Assembly (NCBI RefSeq): GCF_006345805.1
Contig: NW_021834188.1
Coordinates: 1-47,941 of the forward strand
DNA from: Octopus sinensis
Taxonomy: Eukaryota
Length of the DNA stretch: 47,941 nucleotides
Reading direction: 5' to 3'
Shown here: in pieces, positions 11,401 through 23,604 of the stretch
Layout of the letters: each line of letters opens with the position of its first letter
How positions within the stretch are numbered: the first letter of the stretch is position 1
The notes under the pieces: generated by a model
What the model was told of the DNA's origin: nothing
Seen by the model: the letters and a program-made list of their open reading frames with translations, nothing else
The model's database searches: none
Program-made: the position numbers and the translations under genes

Positions 11401-12084
11401 CGCGTTTATTTTGCTAACATATCGGCAGGTCAAATAACTTTAAAACATCAAGGCTACAACTAGTATATTCGTTTATAGTTTTAATAATTCAACTATGTTT
11501 TTAACACGCACTCTTTTACCTGCTAACATTTTCGAGTTGGTTCCCATGAAAGCTGATCTAAGAATACAAACCAATAGTCCCCAAAGGATTTAAATTGTCA
11601 TTGATAAACTGTAAATGTTGTATAAGGTAGGTTTTATAATAGTTAAAATCGTTATTTGTGAGACCTAATACATGAAAGCTTACATTTATAAATTGAGAAT
11701 TTGATAATCAATATGAAAGTCGACGCTAATCAATAGAACAAGCTGATGTACCACTCATTTAGGGATTTTATCTTGAAGAGATAACGAAATAAAGTTTAAT
11801 CAACAATGAGATTCCAAACTAGACACAATTGGCTTATGTGTTCTAAAATCAGAATGATTTCCCACTCAAATGGAGCCTGTTGGTTTAAACCGTACAAATT
11901 GAATTTCCTAATTTTTTGGAATATCTTGTCCCAGAAATATTTTTGTTCACATATCTCTTAGCATCAACCTGGTGTTCGAGGCTGGCCACAATAAACGCCA
12001 AAAAATCTTAAGGACAATTACGATGGACTTTTAGTCAATTTTTTAAACATTGTTATTTAATTAATAACTTAAATTAATAATCGA

Positions 12085-12380
12085 TGGTTATTGTGATCGG
12101 GTGGACCTCAATTCAGCAGGGCTTTAGCAAGCTGAGGAAAAATCCGCAAATCCTGGTCGCTACTACTGGAAAGATTCTGCGGTTGATGGTCGAGAATCAC
12201 CCCAACTTGAAGAAATGTCCTGCACGAATTCGATAGTCAATAGGTGTGTACCTGGTCAACTTTTTAAAGACATTGAAAAAGATACTGGTGGTTACTGATT
12301 CGTTTTGGAATGTAATGGAATATGATCCCTAACGAAAATATGCCAGACAGTTCTCTTTAGAGTCGGCACAAAGTGGATTG
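12085..12380 (+). pseudogene. DEAD-box RNA helicase fragment (DDX24/Mak5-like)
   Basis: VIVIGWTSIQQGFSKLRKNPQILVATTGKILRLMVENHPNL is a degenerate GG doublet plus motif Ib (ATPGRL). Absent from copy B. Confidence 0.55.
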
Positions 12381-12604
12381 CTGTGACTTGTACGTTTAAC
12401 AGTACAAAAAACTGAGTACCTAAAGATGCGCAGAAGACGTTCTAAATGACTATTAAATTCGATAATTTCGATCCTAACAAATACGGTTGGTTTTGTGTAT
12501 TTCTAGACGAGCAAGTGTGATTATTTACTTACTCTGATTATTTCTGGTTTATTTATCTTATTTTACAGATAAATTTGGGTACTTTTGTCGAAAGTACCAT
12601 TTGG

Positions 12605-13299
12605 GTTACTTTTGTCGAAGTGGTCGCATTTTTTTTAGGCCTTTTAAAAAATCTAATAATTTTTGAGGTGGAATATATTATATTTTATTAAGTCGCTCTA
12701 TCAATAATTTAAAATATTATTAAATTTTTTACTAATTTATTTTCTAATTTTTTAATATTATGGCGAGCATGTACCTAATATTGATATAAACTGGCACTAT
12801 AGGTCACATGAAAATTCTGTTGTGGACTTATGCAACTCAAATTCCGACAGCTCCCAATAAGTAAGGAGGATGCAGTGCATTTTCTGCAAAATGTGGATAT
12901 CCTTTCAAATCACGTAGTGCACACCCAGACAGTAGAACGAATGTGGGGAAGTGCAAATGCAAGAATAAAGCTCAAAGGGAGCTGTAAGACATCATCTGGG
13001 ATCTTATTTCGCAGGTTTTTTTAGTTAGTTATTTTTTCAGAATTTATGTGGCGAAAACAAATACAGAACTATAAGGAATCTTTTGCACAGATGTAAAAGA
13101 CATAAATTCCTTCTACAGTCCTGGAATTTGGATGCCGCGTACTAAAAATGACTAAATTGGTTAAATAAATTTTAAATAATTTTAATAACCATTTAAATTA
13201 TTGATAGAGGGTTATAAATTAAATAATCTATTTTTCACTAAAAAATTAATTAATTTTAATTATCTTCTAAAAAACTGCGACCACTTCGACAAAAGTACC
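12605..13299 (+). mobile_element. Merlin/IS1016 (ISXO2-like) internally deleted DNA transposon
   Basis: 24-bp TIRs (gttacttttgtcgaagtggtcgca / tgcgaccacttcgacaaaagtacc, 1 mismatch); internal HTQTVERMW transposase motif. Confidence 0.8.
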
Positions 13300-13479
13300 T
13301 TTCTTTTTCTTAGGTATTTCCTGCACAGTTTTCCCTGCAGTTCGAGTGTATTGCCCTCTCTATTGCTTAATTGTCGAATACACCACTCGACAAAAAATTT
13401 GGTTGTTCAATCTTTCCTGTTACTCCAACTGTCAATTTTAGAAAAGATAAATTGTGGTTTAATAAAAAATTAGGAAAAA

Positions 13480-16045
13480 TCACGGTGTGGAGTTGTTTTT
13501 TTATCGTGTAGTAGGCGATTTGGTATTTATAGACAGACGCTTAATTCTGCAAAATATCAATCTGTTTTGATTGATATTTTCCTAACAATAGCACGGTAAA
13601 ACATTTCAGAAGACGGATAAGTCCATTTTTTGAATCAGAAGAAGACATTGGAATACTTGACGTTTCTCTTTTTTTTTTAGATTACAGAAATTCTCAGAAG
13701 TTGTATCCTTACTAAAATCTGGCATCTATTTTCTAAGATTTCACATTATTAACAACCATATTCCGATCATTTACAATCTCTATATTGTTATGTGCCATTG
13801 GACATCCTCCTTCTGGTGGGTTAGAGATTTTCGTATTATTATTCAACTCTCTCTTGATATTGGGCAAGAAACTTCATTTAAAATTAATTAATTAGAAAAG
13901 TAAGAAGCAAAATTGAATACCACTTCGTTAGAAGAGACGCATGTGAGTTAACAGGACAAGCATGCGAATTATCCATATATAAGTTACAATGATTAATTTA
14001 ATAAATTAATAAAAATTACTGAATGTAATTTATTGAAGAAAAAATTTAATTGTTATAATTTTGGTAACTTGTCCAAAAAAATGTTTCTATCTCTTGGGGA
14101 GTATTATTTGACATCGAAGTTGGAAAGATCAATCCGTGGAAGAATGGCTGATTATAATTAGAAACTGTGAACAATCGAGGAGGCACTGACTGAGATGAAC
14201 CAAACAGAGGGTGAAACACTTGGCTATTGAAAGCCGAGTTTTTAAACGGAATGTCTCGATTAGTAATGTCGCTACTTCCATTAAATACAGTATTCATTGA
14301 GTCTAAACAAGGCCTCTTATTAGAAGATAAGGGAAGTCGTAGAACATGTGGTTCATTTTGGATATCCTGATTAAGAGAACGTACCGATCCTTCTATGAGG
14401 ACTAAGGAGGGCTGTTCATTCTCAACTTGTAGATTATTTTTATCTTTTTTCCTCATCGTCAGAATCTTCAATGACAATAACCTCGTCTCCATCCTTCGAA
14501 ATATTAACCACACTCTCAGTTATCGGAGTAGGTTCTTTATGTTCAGTGGTATCAAAATTTCTAGAAAATCAACAATGGCAAATAACCTCTAGCAGGTTCC
14601 CCTTTATCTGAAACACAGTGCCAAAGCCCATTCTCGTCAAACCCAACAGATCTCACGTGAGTTTAGTCTGCATTAAAATGAAGGAGACGTATCTTATGGG
14701 ATAATATAGTAAGACTGATACTCGTCAATCTTCACGTACCAAAAGTCCATAGGCCGAGAACAATCGGACAACGCCAATTAGGTCTTTTCTCATTCATTGT
14801 GAGAAAAGTATGGGCATCAAAACATTGAATGTGGTCACATTGCGTCGATCTGACCGGAAGACAAACGAGTCTGGGATATCTATACGAGTAAATGAAAATA
14901 TGGAAACAGGACATAGGAGAGAGAGGAATATATCAGTCACAACAGGTTCGTCAGTTTCATTGTTTCCAGAAAGACGTTCAGTGACTGAAAAGTCAGTTTA
15001 TTAGGTCAAACTCCATTTCCGAGTCTGTTCAGTTGTTATTGGAGATCGAGATTGTATTTTGTTTATTAAATCACTGACTAATAATTTTCTAACAATAAAA
15101 ATTCCCGCGTAATATGATCCTAAAAATGAATATAAAAATTACTTTTTCGCTAGAACTGTTACGGACAAATAAACAATTTGTGCTATTTGGGTGTGTGATT
15201 GTCACCATAGTCACATCAACGGGAATCCGCGGACGTTTCTGTACGTCGTTTTGTCGCTTGATAGGGAGGTATGGCTAAATAAAAGATCGACTTAATACTG
15301 GAAGATCGACAGATTTTGAGTTGAGTTTACACGTTAAAGTTGACGGATATTTATCACGCAAAACATTTGATTCCAAAACGCCAATTCTAGAATTATTATT
15401 TTAAACTGAACCTAAGTTGTACTTGAATGTCAGTTCTGAATCCCATGTAGTCAAAAAATCTGTGTTATAAAATATCAAAAATTATTTTATATTGAATAAA
15501 TATAGTTGGTAAACATATTTTATAACTTGTTAAAAAACAATTACTTTAAATCTGGAAAAGTATTGTAAATTGACTCTGCAAAAGTAACACGTTTCTGCAG
15601 TCGCCGTCAGATATTTTGTCACCTAAAATAATTTATGGCAGGTTTACCATTCTTGATTAAAGTTGGGAATAAGAGTGTGTGAAGGTTTTCATAATAAGGA
15701 ATATCTTCGAATTTAAGAGAATTCAAATCAATTGGGGAAGCATGTTTTACTGTAGGAATATCGTTTTTAATGAGAATAAAGCATTATCTCTATGTCTAAA
15801 ATAAAATTTGTTATTTGGTGTACTCAAAAATAAATTTTATTTCTGACAGGAATTCGGGATTGTAAACTGTTTCTAGATTCTCATAAATTCGTTGCAACAG
15901 ATCATTTTTATTTCCAGAAATCTTTGCATGAATAAAATGACAAAGTTTTTGCAAATCAACTCTTCGAAGTTGTCTGAGTAATGTCTATTACATTTTAATA
16001 TTTGATATAAACTATATAGGGAGCCAAAATTTCATTTCTTGACAT
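13480..16045 (-). CDS. PIAS: PIAS-family SUMO E3 ligase (SAP, PINIT, SP-RING), multi-exon; apparent 1-2 nt indels in the SP-RING exon
   Basis: SAP LRRVDLQKLCHFIHAKISGNKNDLLQR; PINIT-like KYPSTLTCKLN...KRPRIPVDVT; SP-RING SLLCP|ISQTR..LPVRSTQCDHIQCFDAHTFLTMNEKRPNWRCPI. 3' end approximate. Confidence 0.85.
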
Positions 16046-16400
16046 TTTAAAATAACAATTTCCAAAGGGTCTCACTAGAATGATTTAATGATATAGTCTA
16101 TTTAGTTAAAAATCGATACTTGAAAAAAGTATTAAGAATAATTAAATTAGCTTATTTATATACAAATTAATTATTAATCAATGGATATTAGTTTAATTAA
16201 AAAACTAAAAATGTATATAAAATAATAAAGAAAATATGATGCAAATTATAGTTATGTTTGTTATTAATAAATAATTTATTATATGAATTTTATTTCAAAA
16301 ATATTTTAAAATTATTTAAATAAATAAAAACAACTTTTATGTGCATGAATTGTTTTTTTGTTGTTCTTTTCTTTCCAGTACTATACAACTATTACTTAAG

Positions 16401-16710
16401 ATAGGAATTCAAAGCACATCTTCCGCGTATACTGCCAACATGTTGTGTGGATCTGGGCTACAAGCTATTATTGATCAAATATGATCAGATCAATGTGGTT
16501 ATTGCAGGTGAAATGGAAAGTATGTCAAATGTTAGGAAAATAATTAAAATTAATTAAATTCATGCCCCACATACTTTCAATTTCAGAAAATTTGTCAAAT
16601 TTGGTTCTGTTGTTTTTACAGACACTTTACTGAACGATGGCCATTGGTAAAGTTCACATGGAGTTCACTGGTCTGTATATTTTGATTAGGTGAGCATGTA
16701 GCTAAGATTG
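16401..16710 (+). pseudogene. Acetyl-CoA acetyltransferase (thiolase) fragment
   Basis: AYTANMLCGSGLQAI (catalytic Cys motif), VVIAGEMESMSN..PH, DTLLNDG. Ends next to the Ginger left TIR. Confidence 0.75.
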
Positions 16711-17305
16711 GCAAAATATTTTGTCACCGGCCGTAGGCTGGACGGCGCCGTTCGTTGGACACTTTCAAAATCTCATTTATTTCAATTTTGCTCATATAAA
16801 ACATACCTTAATTTTTTCCAAGTCCCATTTTAAGCCTATTTTCGATGAATTTGGTGACTTTTGAGAAAATAAGAGAGCTAACAAAACCAACCACACCGTT
16901 TTTTCTACGATTATTGATTAAAAATCATAATGTTTATTATATTTCGAGGTTTACCATTTTAAAATAATACTTTTTAATAGTTATAAAATCGAATTTATTT
17001 GTAAAATTTATTAAATAAAATAGACGTTGGTATCCTAACAGCAATTTTAGAGATGACAAGTACAGATTTCTAAAGGGAACCCTAACCAAACCTTAATTGC
17101 TGCACACGTATTACTTCTTATCCAGCCTTAGGCGTTCAGGTAGTAAGTCCAACCTAAACCAATTGGCCTACGGCCGGATTTATATATAGAATAGAATAGT
17201 GTTTATTGAGCGAAAAGAAAAAGAAAAACAAGGAAGAAAAACATCGGCGGGGAGATAAAAACAAGGCACCGAAGTGTCTCTTTCCATGCGTATCCCCAAT
17301 ACTAG

Positions 17306-19901
17306 TCATGTTTGACGACAATTCTCCAAGACCATCCGGATCGTGGGCACAGAGGATTCTTGTGAGTCTTTTAGCCTTCCGTCAAGTTGTACTCCGTAAG
17401 CCAATTTCATAGCGAAACGTCTTGTCTTTTCCAACTGTTCGATCAGGTAGTCACTCTCCTCCGTACCGTACCAGCCCTCGTAGCCATATGTGAGGACTGG
17501 CTGCACACACGTTTTGTATACGTAGATGTACGTTTCCGGATCCAGATGGAACCTGGTTAAGCTTTTGAGGATCCTCACACTCCTCTTTCTCTGATTTGCT
17601 ATATGCTCTACGTACGAGCCACGACAGTTAATGGTTGCTCCCAGGTAAGAAAGATTTTTTCTTTTCGAGAGATCCATCACATAGCTACTCATCGCATATG
17701 CACAAGACTCCGCATAGCGACTCCCTCTCCGCAACCATGAAATGGTGCTCTTCTCCGGTGCTAGGGTCAAACCCTTCTCTATAGTCCACATCTTTAGCGT
17801 TGCAATGTATGATTTCAGTCGTCTCCAAGACTGCGATATCCTTTTCGAGGTATCCATGACCAGGATATCGTCAGCATAGATAACGAGCTTGCCAGTACGT
17901 GTCGACGGCAGAGGAATGTCCGCCAAGAAGAGGTTGAACAGAAGTGGACTCAAGATAGATCCCTGCGGGACTCCCCTTCTAAGTTCCACACACCCCGATA
18001 GGCGGTTTCCACAGCGGACAAATGATTGTCTTCCTGACAAGAAGCTCTCCAGCCATCGATAGGTCTTTATCCCGGCTCCGATGTCATGGATTCTGGAGAG
18101 TAGGCCCAGGTGCCACACGCTATCGAAGGCTTTGGCCAGATCCAGACACACCACAGTTAGCCATGCTTCATTTCTGTCAGCACGGGATAATTGGTGCTCT
18201 AACTCCCTGAGGCAGTCCCCTGTGGATCTTCCTCCACGAAATCCCCATTGTTCAGGTAAAAGCAAATTTTGTGATTCTATATGACCAGAGAGTCTGTTAA
18301 AGACAATCTTTTCCATTGTCTTAGAGAAAGCACAAATGAGGCTAATTGGCCGGTAGTTCTGTGCCAGCAGTGTCGATTTACCAGATTTTGGAATCATTCG
18401 AACAATCGTATGCTTCCACGCCGATGGAAGGTGTCCGAACGTCCAGCTGGCGTGAAACAACATAGTCAATGCTCGTATCAAGATTTCAGGGGCCTTCTTT
18501 AACAACTTCGGAGGGATGTAGTCGAAGCCAGGCGCCTTGTTCTTCAACCCAGCAATTGCCCTTTCAACCTCTTCCTGTGTTATCGCCCCACATAATGGTC
18601 CCTCCGATAATTGCGAAGAGCCAAGCTTCTTCACAATTCGGTCATAAGTCCCTCGTGGAACGGTAGATTCGACCTCTTGAACCTGACTAAGTTGGTTCCT
18701 GAGTACTTCCGGGATACGATCAGAGGAGATATATTTCCCGTCTGGTTCTTTTAGTGAAATTTCAAATCCTTTGGCATCATTTCTGGTAAGGCGTTGATAT
18801 GCTTTCCAGAAATTAGGGTTTCGCTTATCCAGTTTTCTGCATTCAGACCTCCATTTACTTTCGACCTCAGTCTTGGCCATTTTTGCAATAGTAGATTTTA
18901 TCTTGTCGATCTCCAATTTCAGGCGGCATTTGATTGACTCAACCCGACATCTTCTCCTGCGATTTTCCAGGGTACCTTTCGTTCTGATCAGAGTGACAAG
19001 TTTCGAATTCATCCGCTTTTGCGTTCCTTTGGGTTTCCATACATTTTTTAATGCATAAACATCCAGGAATTTTATGATTGACGATCTAAGGTGATCATCG
19101 AGATTGTCAATATCATCTCTGCTTCTCAGAGGCTGGGACACGACATTTCGAAGAGAATCCCGCATATATGATTCGAATAAACTCCAGTTCATGTTCACGA
19201 GGTTGTAACCAATGAACAAGTCCTCCGTAACATTCATAGTCATCTTTATCAACATCGTTTGCGGCACGTGGTCAGAGCCAATGTCCGCTTCCAACCTCGG
19301 TATGTAACATAAAGGACTAATTGATGCCGAGCATAGAAAGAGACCCAAGCGATCAGCCCTGCCTCTGTCTGCATAATGATTCAGTTCTTCCGATGTAAAG
19401 ACCGAAAAACCCAAGCTACTGGCCAAGTCCTCAAGGACAGTTCCATATATTCGTAGTTTCACATCCATAACTCACATTTTTGGCATTAAGATCTCCTGCT
19501 AGGATTGACAGGCAATTTTCCTCAAAGAACGTCCCAATAACGTTTGAATAGCGCCTTAGCGACTTTGAGTACATTCCCCCGACGGTTAGCCAGCCAGCAG
19601 TCGTGTGCAGCTCGAGCACAATAAGTTCACAGAGTGACTCCTCCACAATTCTGATGTTTCTTACCTTAAGGTTCGCCCTGTAGTAGACTGAGGTTCCTGT
19701 CCCCGCCACTGAGTTTATTTTCCATGGTATATTAATAGACTTATAGCCTTCGAATTCCACCCTCGTAGCTTCCTTCAGCTTAGTCTCATTGATAATCAAT
19801 ATGTGAGACTTCGCTGTGGCCAGCAGGAGCCTCAGCTCCGATGCCCGTCTCGCAAGCGAGCGGGCATTTAGAATTGTCAGAGCAAGGAATCCTTCCGACA
19901 T
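17306..19901 (-). CDS. LINE ORF2: AP endonuclease plus reverse transcriptase (one frameshift near 19450)
   Basis: NARSL, INETKL, GDLNAK, GSDH (EN); KAPGFD, YRPISL, QWGFR, DLAKAFD, GVPQGSILSPLLF, YADD, YLG (RT). Confidence 0.93.
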
Positions 19902-20690
19902 GGGTGGCTGACCTCCCGTGGGAGCGCCACCTTTTTCGGTAAAGGGGGTCTGCCTGCTTTCCGTTTGCCACCGGTTTCAGCCGGCTCTGGAGGCGTCCCA
20001 TCGTCCTCCAGCCGGGCTTCAGGGCTTGGCAGCTGAACTCCAGATTTTGCTACTGCAGTTTTCTTCACTGCTCTCGCCTTCGGGGCGGCGGGTTTTGTTT
20101 CTGGGCATGGGTCCGTTTGAATTCCCGTGTTAATGAAGCAGGTCTGACTTCCTGATTCGATCAAGTTCATGACGATAACGTCAGTTTGAACACCAATATC
20201 GCATTTCGGATTAAGTAACTTCTTCGACCAAGACATTTGTATGCCAGACATTTGTATTGCATTTACACGATTTCTCTTAGTGGGAGTCACTTCCAGTTTC
20301 TTCTTTGTCGATTGTTTCGCCACCGGACAGCCCAACCAGTTCGCCCGGTGTCCATGTGATCCGCAGTTGATGCACGGGAGTTTGACGTGTGTTCCGATCG
20401 TACATTGGGTGCGATCGTGTGCATCACCACACAACAAACAGCGCACTGTCTCTTTACAGTATAACGAGATGTGTCCAATTTGTAACATCGATAGCATTGC
20501 CTCTCGGGATTTTTGTACCAGGTAAAACGGATTTGGTTGAAGCCAATTTTAAGACCTAGGGTGATCAACGACTGTGCTTCGTTTCTGTCCTGGATAGTAA
20601 GCTTGCCAAGTGGCAGATTTTTCCCATTTTTACTAAATCTTTCCAGTTTGAACCCTGGGGATAGCACTTTCGACAAAAGCCTGTGTAGAT
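19877..20690 (-). CDS. LINE ORF1 gag-like protein with CCHC knuckles (truncated, frameshifted)
   Basis: CYRC..IGHISLYC, CLLCGDAHDRTQC, CINCGSHGHRANWLGCP. Confidence 0.88.
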
Positions 20691-20836
20691 CCGGATTTTT
20701 TTGGAATCCAACTATTCCCCTATGCGGCCTTCGGCCGCGGTGTGTAGTTTTTAAAGTCCAACCTAAACCAATTGGCCTACGCCGGATTTTTTTTGGAATC
20801 CAACTATTCCCCTATGCGGCCTTCGGCCGCGGTGTG
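20691..20836 (+). repeat. ~91-bp tandem repeat inside the Ginger element, with GC hairpins
   Basis: ccggattttttttggaatccaactattcccctatgcggccttcggccgcggtgtgt occurs twice; aagtccaacctaaaccaattggcctac also occurs at 17145-17171. Confidence 0.85.
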
Positions 20837-20899
20837 TTTGCTTCTTATTTTAGTTGAAAAACTTTTTATACAATTTTTAAAATTTTATTAACCAAAAAT

Positions 20900-21964
20900 T
20901 TAAACTAATCGTTTGAGTCTACTAATGTGAATGGATTCAATTTCTGTTCCATTTTCATCTTTTAACACACATAAATTATTTTTTTTGTCGACGATATAAA
21001 ATTTCTCTGAAGATATTTCATCGTGAAGAGGATATTTCCTATTATTCACATTTGCGTCTCTATCATGTCGGATAATAACAGAATCTCCGACATTTATATC
21101 CTCTTCGTCGAATTTCCTTGTAGCCGATATCCATCTTTTTATAGATTGATTGAATCTATATAATTAAATTTTTCTTAAGCGACCTTTCTACTTGGCCCTG
21201 AACCCAAGGTGCTCTTGGCCTGCCGAAAACTTGTTTAGTTCCAAACTCCTTGCATACATTCTCTAACAAGGAGTTTCTAAATTCCTTTCCATTGTCACTA
21301 TGCAAAAGAATTGGATGTCCAATAGTGCAAAAAATTGATTTTATTAATTTTGAAATTTCAATAGCATTTTTTGTCTTTGCAGGTTCAACGACTCCAAATT
21401 TTGAAAATGAGTCTATTAATACTAACAACTACAATATTAAATCACGAATACCCATCATTAATATCAGCATATCTTCTTAAGTCAATTAGATCTATGAGAT
21501 AACGATCTCGTGGTTCATAAGCTATAATAGGAGTAATAGTTGGTTTAGTGGCCATCAAACGCATCGCCTATATTGCTCATAAATATTAAACCTGGCAAAC
21601 TTCACACCGGCTTACAACAGTAAGGACCTCTCTTCTCGTAATCGGATAAATTTCTTCACAGAGTTTGGAATAAAGCCTATCACGACCAAAATGGTTTAAA
21701 TTGTGTTCAGCCTACAAAATTTGATTTTATATTTACCTAAATTGTTTTCATCTTAAATTCATTTTGTTCGATAGTGAAGAATCTTAGTTTTTTACCATTT
21801 TTCAGAATGAAAAGCACAGATTGCTCATAAATAAAATTTTTTGAGAGAGAACGTATTTTAAAACGTTCTTTCCTCTGTGTTTCATCTTCTATCAAGACAG
21901 TTTCAATATAATTAATTAATTTTTCAACAAAGGATTGCAATAGATACAACAAAACCATTCTCAC
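20900..21964 (-). pseudogene. Ginger integrase/transposase with spliceosomal introns, degenerate
   Basis: HNLNHFG...CEVC zinc finger; rve core DLIDL...IDSFSKF...LHSDNGKEF...QGQVER; introns at 21712-21736 and 21568-21591; in-frame stops. Confidence 0.85.
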
Positions 21965-22711
21965 GCGATTCTTAATTTAAACAAAAATTAGGAATATTTA
22001 ATAAATTATTTAAATAATTTTGATTTTTTAATGGAGATTATTATTGTAAAAATATTTTTAATTGAAAATATTGCTTAGTGTCCACTCAACGGCGCCGTCC
22101 ATCCTACGGCCGGTGACATTTTTTGCGTATAATATTTTGCTTTCATTTCTTGAAAAAAATGTGGAAGTGTATAAAAATAGGGTTTTTAATTATGAGATTG
22201 TTCCTATTACAATATCTACGAGTCGGTAGGTATGTTATAATTTGTGGTAAATGATAAATAAAATAAAATGATAACAAAAGATGAATTGAAGTCCTGCTTC
22301 CCAATACTTTTATATATACATGAATAATAAATGATTCTTTATCGTGTTGACACAGGATAGGGTAGTCTCCAAATTCTATTAAATACAAACACATATATTT
22401 TATCTAGAGCGAGATCAAATAGCGACAATCAATTACAGGAAAAGAAATCACAATTAGAAAGATAAAATTAATCTTATTTGTCTGGCATTATACAAATCTT
22501 ATGTGTATTAAATGCTTTCTGTTTGTTTACCAATAGTCTGTAAGGAAATTCCTTATAACTAACCTGCTAAGATAGTTTTTAGGAGACAAACCTGGAACTT
22601 TGGTTTATGTCTCTACACACTTGAGAGTGTGGAATTGCACTACTCCCATTAAGACCAAAATTACAATATAATCCAAAATTTTTAATTCAAAAATAATAGT
22701 TTGCACATTTT

Positions 22712-23032
22712 TTAACCCAGGGTGCGCAATATGGATCTATTAATTTTTTTCAATTTAAATTTTTTTTATTTAATAAAGACGATCATTGAAATGCTTGTCA
22801 ACATATTTCTGTAATTTTTTCTAATTGGGTAAAATCCGTTTTATTCCATCAGTTCTAATTGTTCCTTTTTTATAATATACAAAAATTTCATAATTACGTA
22901 GTTCGCGTCTTATACCTTTAATTTTTTTGTGAAACTTGACAAAAATCATGACGTCATATGACGCACTAAATAGAGAAAAATTAGAATAGAGAAAATTAGA
23001 ATTAGTGAAAAATTAGAATTAGTGAGGGTTAA
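22712..23032. mobile_element. Possible piggyBac-like remnant
   Basis: TTAA-CCC ... GGG-TTAA ends and an internal gacgtcatatgacgca motif; TIR similarity beyond CCC is weak. Confidence 0.3.
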
Positions 23033-23366
23033 ATATTTGGTGATAATCCTTTGGGAACTTCGTCGGCAGTCTACATAATAATCAGCAGTAAAGAACTAAA
23101 TGAGTGAATTGGTTAATGCCCATTTTATAGCTCGACTTTCCAGATTCATATAATTTGTTGTTTTCATTGATAATGTCCATGTTACGCTTAAAAATGCAGA
23201 TTCTGAATGGCTCTCGTTGTTTGATCTCTAATACATTGAAAGTATATACAATACTGAAGTTGGCAACATAGTTGTTCCATTCTGAGAGGATGTCTTCATT
23301 GATTTCACATTGGAGATCAGTCACTGAAATTATTTTGTAAAAGATGAATGCAAAAATAAACCACAT
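23033..23366 (-). pseudogene. Cathepsin L-like prepro region (signal peptide plus I29 inhibitor domain); mature domain not found
   Basis: MWFIFAFIF signal; EW...E..R..IF..N...I...N (ERFNIN-like) and MGINQFTHL; short introns. Confidence 0.75.
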
Positions 23367-23604
23367 CAACAAGTTCGATTTAATAAATAAATAATTATTT
23401 TAATAAATCTACAACAAACTAATTAATTGTTAATTTTAAATTATAAATTATTCTCATTCTATTTTTTTGACTTTTTCGTCACCTATTTTTTGCCTTGATA
23501 TATTTGGACGCATTTCAAAATGAAATCTTATGTAGTCATTGTGAAGTCATTGCTGATTATTCAAGCCTTTTTTGGCAAACAATTTTAGATTAGTAAACAA
23601 TATA

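Larger units (their letters stand above)
1..12577 (+). repeat. Segmental duplication copy A (direct repeat of 24016-35407; left end runs off the window)
   Basis: Sequence and ORF track repeat with an offset of ~24015-24017, falling to ~22830 after indels. Copy B lacks ~6804-7284 and ~11780-12451. Confidence 0.97.
17182..20690 (-). mobile_element. 5'-truncated APE-type LINE with 8-bp TSD ccggattt
   Basis: TSD at 17174-17181 and 20691-20698; AATAAA and a short-repeat tail at the 3' end; ORF1 and ORF2 present. Confidence 0.92.
16722..22118 (-). mobile_element. Ginger DNA transposon (TGT...ACA TIRs) interrupted by a LINE
   Basis: ~41-bp TIRs tgtcaccggccgtaggctggacggcgccgttcgttggacact / agtgtccactcaacggcgccgtccatcctacggccggtgaca, enclosing an integrase gene. 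Confidence 0.88.

Noticed and set aside
18022-19058. Plus-strand ORFs within the LINE (also 37447-37800 over LDH)
   Set aside because: Antisense shadows of real minus-strand coding sequence.
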